A stretch of 19,318 nucleotides of DNA from a virus (taxonomy: Duplodnaviria; Heunggongvirae; Uroviricota; Caudoviricetes): the IMG/VR virus record IMGVR_UViG_2537561980_000013; one strand, 5' to 3'. The notes under the pieces are model-generated. The model saw only the letters and a list, made by a program, of their open reading frames with translations, had not been told where the DNA came from and searched no databases. The translations under genes and the position numbers were made by a program. Of the stretch, positions 14,942 to 19,318 are shown piece by piece. Positions within the stretch are counted from its first letter, which is position 1; each line of letters opens with the position of its first letter.

Positions 14942-17266
14942 ATGAATGACGTTACAGTTGTTACATCGGTTACTTACCCATCACCCGAGTCGTTGGCTCT
15001 GGTGGCTGATGTGCAATACCACGAACCATATCTGTCAGCCGCGCTAAACCGAAAATTCAGGGGAATTGTTGACCCTGGATTTTATGCTGGTTTCCTGCCG
15101 AAGCCTGGCGGTGGGATGAACCTGTTAATCACCTCAGTGGATGGTGATAAAACCGCTGGCGCGGCGTCAGTGAATATTGGTGAATTCTACCAGGTAACTA
15201 TTCAGCAGCGTAAGGATATTTCTCTTGCACTTAGCGCAGGTAAGAAATATGCAATTGTGCTGAAGGGAAGATACCTCCTTGGAGAAGATTCTTATCAGGT
15301 TAATACCGCGTCACATATTCATGCGGCTGAATTTGTTGCCAGAACCTATACCGATTCATATCAGTTAGGAGATGGGGAACTGCTTGTTTGTACGGTGAAT
15401 ATCCCTGCTGGCGTATCTGCTATTACTCAGGAAATGATAGATGTATCCGACCGCATCGATCTCACGATAGGCATTGAAATTTCCGACTCTGTAACCAGTA
15501 CCAGAAGTGATGTCGCTGCAAGTTCGCTGGCGGTTAAAAAAGCCTACGATCTGGCGAAAAGCAAGTATACGGCGCAGGATGCAAGCACAACACAAAAGGG
15601 ATTAGTTCAGCTCAGTAGCGCAACTAACAGCGACAGCGAAACAATGGCGGCTACCCCTAAAGCCGTTAAGTCTGTAAAAGAGCTGGCTGATACCAAAGCG
15701 CCAATAGAAAGCCCAGAGCTTACAGGAACGCCAACCGCGCCTACGGCAGCGCAAAGTACAAACAGCACGCAGATCGCAAACACAGCCTTTGTTAAGGCAG
15801 CTATAACAGCACTTATCAATGGTGCTCCTGGAGCACTGGATACGTTGAAAGAAATTGCGGCTGCGATCAATAACGACCCGAATTTCAGCACAACTATCAA
15901 CAATGCCCTGGCTCTCAAAGCGCCTTTGGCAAGCCCTGCATTAACGGGTATCCCTACTGCACCTACCGCTGCACAGGGCACAAACAATACGCAGATCGCT
16001 ACGACTGCTTACGTACGGGCTGCTATATCTGCATTGGTCGGCTCATCACCAGAAGCTCTTGATACCCTGAATGAGCTTGCAGCAGCACTTGGCAATGACC
16101 CGAACTTTGCGACAACAATGACAAATGCGCTGGCAGGGAAACAGCCACTTGATGCAACTTTAACAGCGCTCGCTGGCCTTACGACTGGCGCAAATAAATT
16201 GCCGTACTTTACCGGTACAGACACTGTTTCCCAGACTGATTTAACGTCAGTCGGTCGCGATATCCTGGCTAAAACAAGCACACTGGCTGTTATCCAATAC
16301 CTTGGTTTAAGAGAAATCGGTACCAGCGGTGAAAAGATCCCCCTGTTGAGCACGGCTAACACATGGAGTGCACGCCAGACTTTCAACGGTGGGATCACCG
16401 GGGCGCTGACAGGGAACGCCGACACCGCGACGAAATTGAAAACAGCACGCACGATTGGCGGTGTGGCATTTGATGGTACTGCGAATATTAATTTACCTGG
16501 TGTTAACGTTGCGGGGAATCAGAATACATCCGGTAACGCGGCTACAGCGACCAAGTTACAAACCGCGAGAACTATAAATGGGGTGTCGTTTGACGGTTCT
16601 AAAAACATTGAGCTAACTCCAAGGTCTATAGGCACGATCAACTCAACAACCATGTCTTTTATTGGTGGTGCAGGATGGTTCAAGCTGGCAACTGTAACCA
16701 TGCCACAGGCAAGTTCCGTAGTTTACATAAGCCTGATTGGTAGTTCTGGATATAATGTTAACTCCCCTATGCAGGCTGGTATATCTGAACTTGTTCTTCG
16801 TGCGGGAAATGGGAATCCAAAAGGTCTTACTGGTGCGTTATGGCGACGGACATCGGTTGGATTTACTAATTTTGCATGGGTGAATACATCCGGTGATACC
16901 TATGATGTTTATGTTGAAATAGGTAATTACGCCACGGGTGTAAATATCCAGTGGGATTATACCAGTAACGCCAGCGTAACGATTCATACATCACCAAATT
17001 ACACAGTAGATAAACCAACTGGTCTTACTGATGGAACGGTATATGTTATTTACAGTTCGCACATTAAACCGACCGCCACGGATGTCGGCGCATTACCAAT
17101 AACCGGAGGAAATCTCAACGGCGGTTTAACGGCTACTGGTGAGATCGTTTCAAGATATGCAAATGGTTTCCGCATTGCCTATGGAAGCTACGGATTCTTT
17201 ATCCGAAACGATGGCTCAAAGACATATTTCATGTTGACCAATTCGGGTAACAGCCTGGGAACCTAT
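14942..17266 (+). pseudogene. Side tail fibre gene (P2 gpH / lambda Stf / Mu S type), 3' end truncated by IS2
   Basis: Track ORF 14855..17353; the real start is the ATG at 14942 with AAGGA RBS. Conserved blocks QKGLVQLSSATNSDSETMAATPKAVK, SPALTGIPTAPTAAQGTNNTQIATTAYV, ALDTLNELAAALGNDPNFATTMTNALAGKQPLDATLTALAGL, KLPYF, VGRDILAK match recalled tail fibres. The frame runs into IS2 at 17267 and ends 29 codons later. Confidence 0.8.
15707..16150 (+). repeat. Internal tandem duplication in the tail fibre (2 x 222 bp, 74 aa each)
   Basis: Two consecutive units of [A/E]SPxLTGxPTAPTAAQxTNxTQIAxTA[FY]V[KR]AAIxAL...P[GE]ALDTL[KN]E[IL]AAA[IL][NG]NDPNF[SA]TT[IM][NT]NALAxKxPL read directly. Confidence 0.6.
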
Positions 17267-17277
17267 TGGATTTGCCC

Positions 17278-18183
17278 CTATATTTCCAGACACCTGTTAT
17301 CACTTAACCCATTACTGGCTTGCTGCCGTAGATATTCCCGTGGCGAGCGATAACCCAGTGCACTATGCGGATGCCATTCGTTATAATGCTCGAATGCCTC
17401 TGCAAGGTTCTTTGCTGCCGTTAACCCGTCTGGTTTGGGCATGACACTGATGTAGTCACGCTTTATCGTTTTCACGAAGCTCTCTGCTATGCCGTTACTC
17501 TCCGGACTCCGCACCGCCGTGTTCTTCGGTTCAAGCCCCAACATCCGGGCAAACTGCCGTGTTTCATTAGCCCGGTAGCATGAACCATTATCCGTCAGCC
17601 ACTCTACTGGAGACGCCGGAAGCTCGTTGCCGAAACGGCGTTCCACCGCTCCCAGCATGACGTCCTGTACTGTTTCACTGTTGAAGCCGCCCGTAGTGAC
17701 CGCCCAGTGCAGTGCCTCACGGTCACAGCAGTCCAGCGCGAACGTGACTCTCAGTTTTTCTCCGTTATCACAGCGGAACTCGAACCCGTCAGAGCACCAT
17801 CGCTGATTACTTTCTTTCACAGCCACTCTGCCGGTATGTGCCCGTTTCGATGGCGGTACAGCGGGTTTTCGCTCAAGCAACAGCGCATTCTGGCGCATGA
17901 TCCGGTAAATACGTTTGGCATTGATCGCAGGCATACCATCAAGTTCGGCCTGTCTGCGAAGCAGCGCCCATACCCGACGATAACCATATGTGGGCAGCTC
18001 TCCGATAACATGGTGTATACGGAGAAGCACATCCGTATCATCTGAGTGACGGCTGCGGCGACCATCTTTCCAGTCATCGGTTCGTCTGAGAATGACGTGC
18101 AACTGCGCACGCGACACCCGGAGACAACGGCTGACTAAGCTTACTCCCCATCCCCGGGCAATAAGGGCGCGTGCGCTATCCAC
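17278..18183 (-). CDS. insD: IS2 transposase OrfB (InsD), 301 aa; normally expressed as an InsCD fusion by -1 frameshifting
   Basis: ORF track. Translation ([34 protein letters not shown]...) matches recalled IS2 InsD. Confidence 0.9.
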
Positions 18184-18506
18184 TTTTTTGCCCGCCCATA
18201 TTCAACGGCTTCTTTAAGGAGTTCATTTTCCATCGTTTTTTTGCCGAGCAGGCGCTGGAGTTCTTTAATCTGCTTCATGGCGGCAGCAAGTTCAGAGGCA
18301 GGAACGACCTGTTCTCCTGCGGCCACAGCAGTAAGACTTCCCTCCTGGTATTGCTTGCGCCAGAGAAATAACTGGCTGGCTGCCACACCGTGTTGCCGGG
18401 CAACAAGGGAGACTGTCATTCCCGGTTCAAAACTCTGCTGAACAATAGCGATCTTTTCCTGTGTAGTACGCCGTCTGCGTTTCTCCGGTCCTAAGACATC
18501 AATCAT
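18141..18506 (-). CDS. insC: IS2 OrfA (InsC), 121 aa
   Basis: Track ORF 18141..18551 is extended upstream; the internal ATG at 18506 gives [47 protein letters not shown]..., matching recalled IS2 InsC. Confidence 0.9.
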
Positions 18507-18780
18507 CTGCTCTCCAATGACTAGTCTAAAAACTAGTATTAAGACTATCACTTAAATAAGTGATATTGGTTGTCTGGAGATTCAGGGGGCCAGTCTAACG
18601 GGTGATGAAGTCGTATCATTAGATAAACACATCAACACCAGTGCTACTGATACAGATCAAATACAAGCATTTATAGTTTCAACATGGATGGCGCCTTTTC
18701 AAAATGATATGTATTCAGAAGATAATCCTATCTCACCTTACTATAAAATTGAATGGTAGACGATTGACCAAATAAATCAT

Positions 18781-18810
18781 AACGAGATACTTTTATAATA
18801 GTATCTCGTT
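18781..18810. promoter_or_regulatory. Perfect 10-bp inverted repeat (AACGAGATAC-N10-GTATCTCGTT) with TATAAT in the loop, 31 bp upstream of the lytic transglycosylase gene
   Basis: Read directly. Candidate operator overlapping a -10 hexamer, or a weak terminator. Confidence 0.4.
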
Positions 18811-18841
18811 CCTTTCATTCAATCCTCACACATGAAAAAAT

Positions 18842-19318
18842 ATGCGCTCACCAAAAGTTAAATTCTTAACCATCTTCACGTTTTGTATATTTATTACAAA
18901 AATGTCTTTCGCCAGCAACTCTTGCTCTAATGAATCAGGAACAATGTTCAGAATCGAACCAAATTTAATTAAAGCTATCGCTCTTGTTGAAAGCAATCTA
19001 AAAAAGGATAGCATAGGCAAGAACAGAGATAAGAATAACAACATAAAGAGTTTAGATTATTGGTTAATGCAGATAAACCAGATGCATATTCCCCTGTTAA
19101 AAAAACGTGGAATAATAAAAGATGAACGAGATTTGTTAGATAACCCTTGTCTGAACATTAAAATAGGAACCGAGATTTTATATAACCATTTTTCACGTTG
19201 TGGAGTAACGTGGCAATGCCTGGGGACTTATAATGCGGGTTTTGCAATGGATAACCAAAAAAAGAGACAGCAATATGCCCCAAAATATATATTGTATATA
19301 CCAGGCTTAATGAACTAG
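18842..19318 (+). CDS. IagB/IpgF/EtgA-family specialised lytic transglycosylase with signal peptide (158 aa)
   Basis: ORF track. Signal peptide; family-1 lytic transglycosylase motifs ALVES (catalytic Glu), WLMQIN, GTYNAGF. Very AT-rich coding sequence; stop at 19316-19318. Confidence 0.8.
   Translation: MRSPKVKFLTIFTFCIFITKMSFASNSCSNESGTMFRIEPNLIKAIALVESNLKKDSIGKNRDKNNNIKSLDYWLMQINQMHIPLLKKRGIIKDERDLLDNPCLNIKIGTEILYNHFSRCGVTWQCLGTYNAGFAMDNQKKRQQYAPKYILYIPGLMN

Larger units (their letters stand above)
17267..18597 (-). mobile_element. IS2 (IS3 family), complete 1331 bp
   Basis: Ends match recalled IS2 termini: TGGATTTGCCCCTATATTTCCAGACA at 17267 and ...TTCAGGGGGCCAGTCTA ending at 18597. Contains insC/insD with the A AAA AAG frameshift motif near 18183-18189. 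Confidence 0.9.

Noticed and set aside
15365-16701. Minus-strand ORFs within the tail fibre gene
   Set aside because: Antisense to the conserved tail fibre coding sequence; Ala/Val-rich translations typical of shadow frames of Ala/Thr-rich fibre repeats.
17707-18441. ORFs 17707..18045 (+), 17817..18110 (-), 18171..18371 (+), 18241..18441 (+)
   Set aside because: Lie inside IS2 opposite or out of frame with insC/insD, whose translations match the recalled IS2 proteins.
18826-19044. Minus ORF of 72 aa
   Set aside because: Antisense to the lytic transglycosylase gene, which has a signal peptide and catalytic motifs; an AT-rich shadow ORF.

Overview
This window looks like a decaying enterobacterial (E. 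coli/Shigella-type) prophage bounded by insertion sequences. From left to right: (1) the start-proximal end of an IS186-like IS4-family element (1-442) with its transposase N-terminus on the minus strand; (2) a Hok-family type I toxin gene (465-620, minus) whose stop codon lies 22 bp from the IS end; (3) a minus-strand early/regulatory block with a small 2-TM membrane protein, an 89-aa basic protein, an HTH protein and two tandem anti-repressor genes sharing a KilAC/ANT C-terminal domain, each preceded by a copy of a conserved ~29-bp element; (4) an AT-rich divergent control region with direct repeats; (5) a low-GC two-gene insert encoding a SlyB-like glycine-zipper lipoprotein and a secreted charged coiled-coil protein, which I consider the best candidate for an uncharacterised accessory (envelope/superinfection-exclusion) module; (6) a plus-strand tail morphogenesis module with a lytic-transglycosylase-containing tape measure protein, baseplate-like proteins and a P2 gpH/lambda Stf-type tail fibre, but no capsid, terminase or lysis genes, and with two single-nucleotide frame breaks at homopolymer tracts; (7) a complete IS2 (17267-18597) that truncates the tail fibre and has no target-site duplication; (8) a very AT-rich segment encoding an IagB/IpgF-family lytic transglycosylase. 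No rRNA, tRNA or CRISPR array was recognised. All family assignments come from reading the translations and from recalled family signatures; no database search was run.
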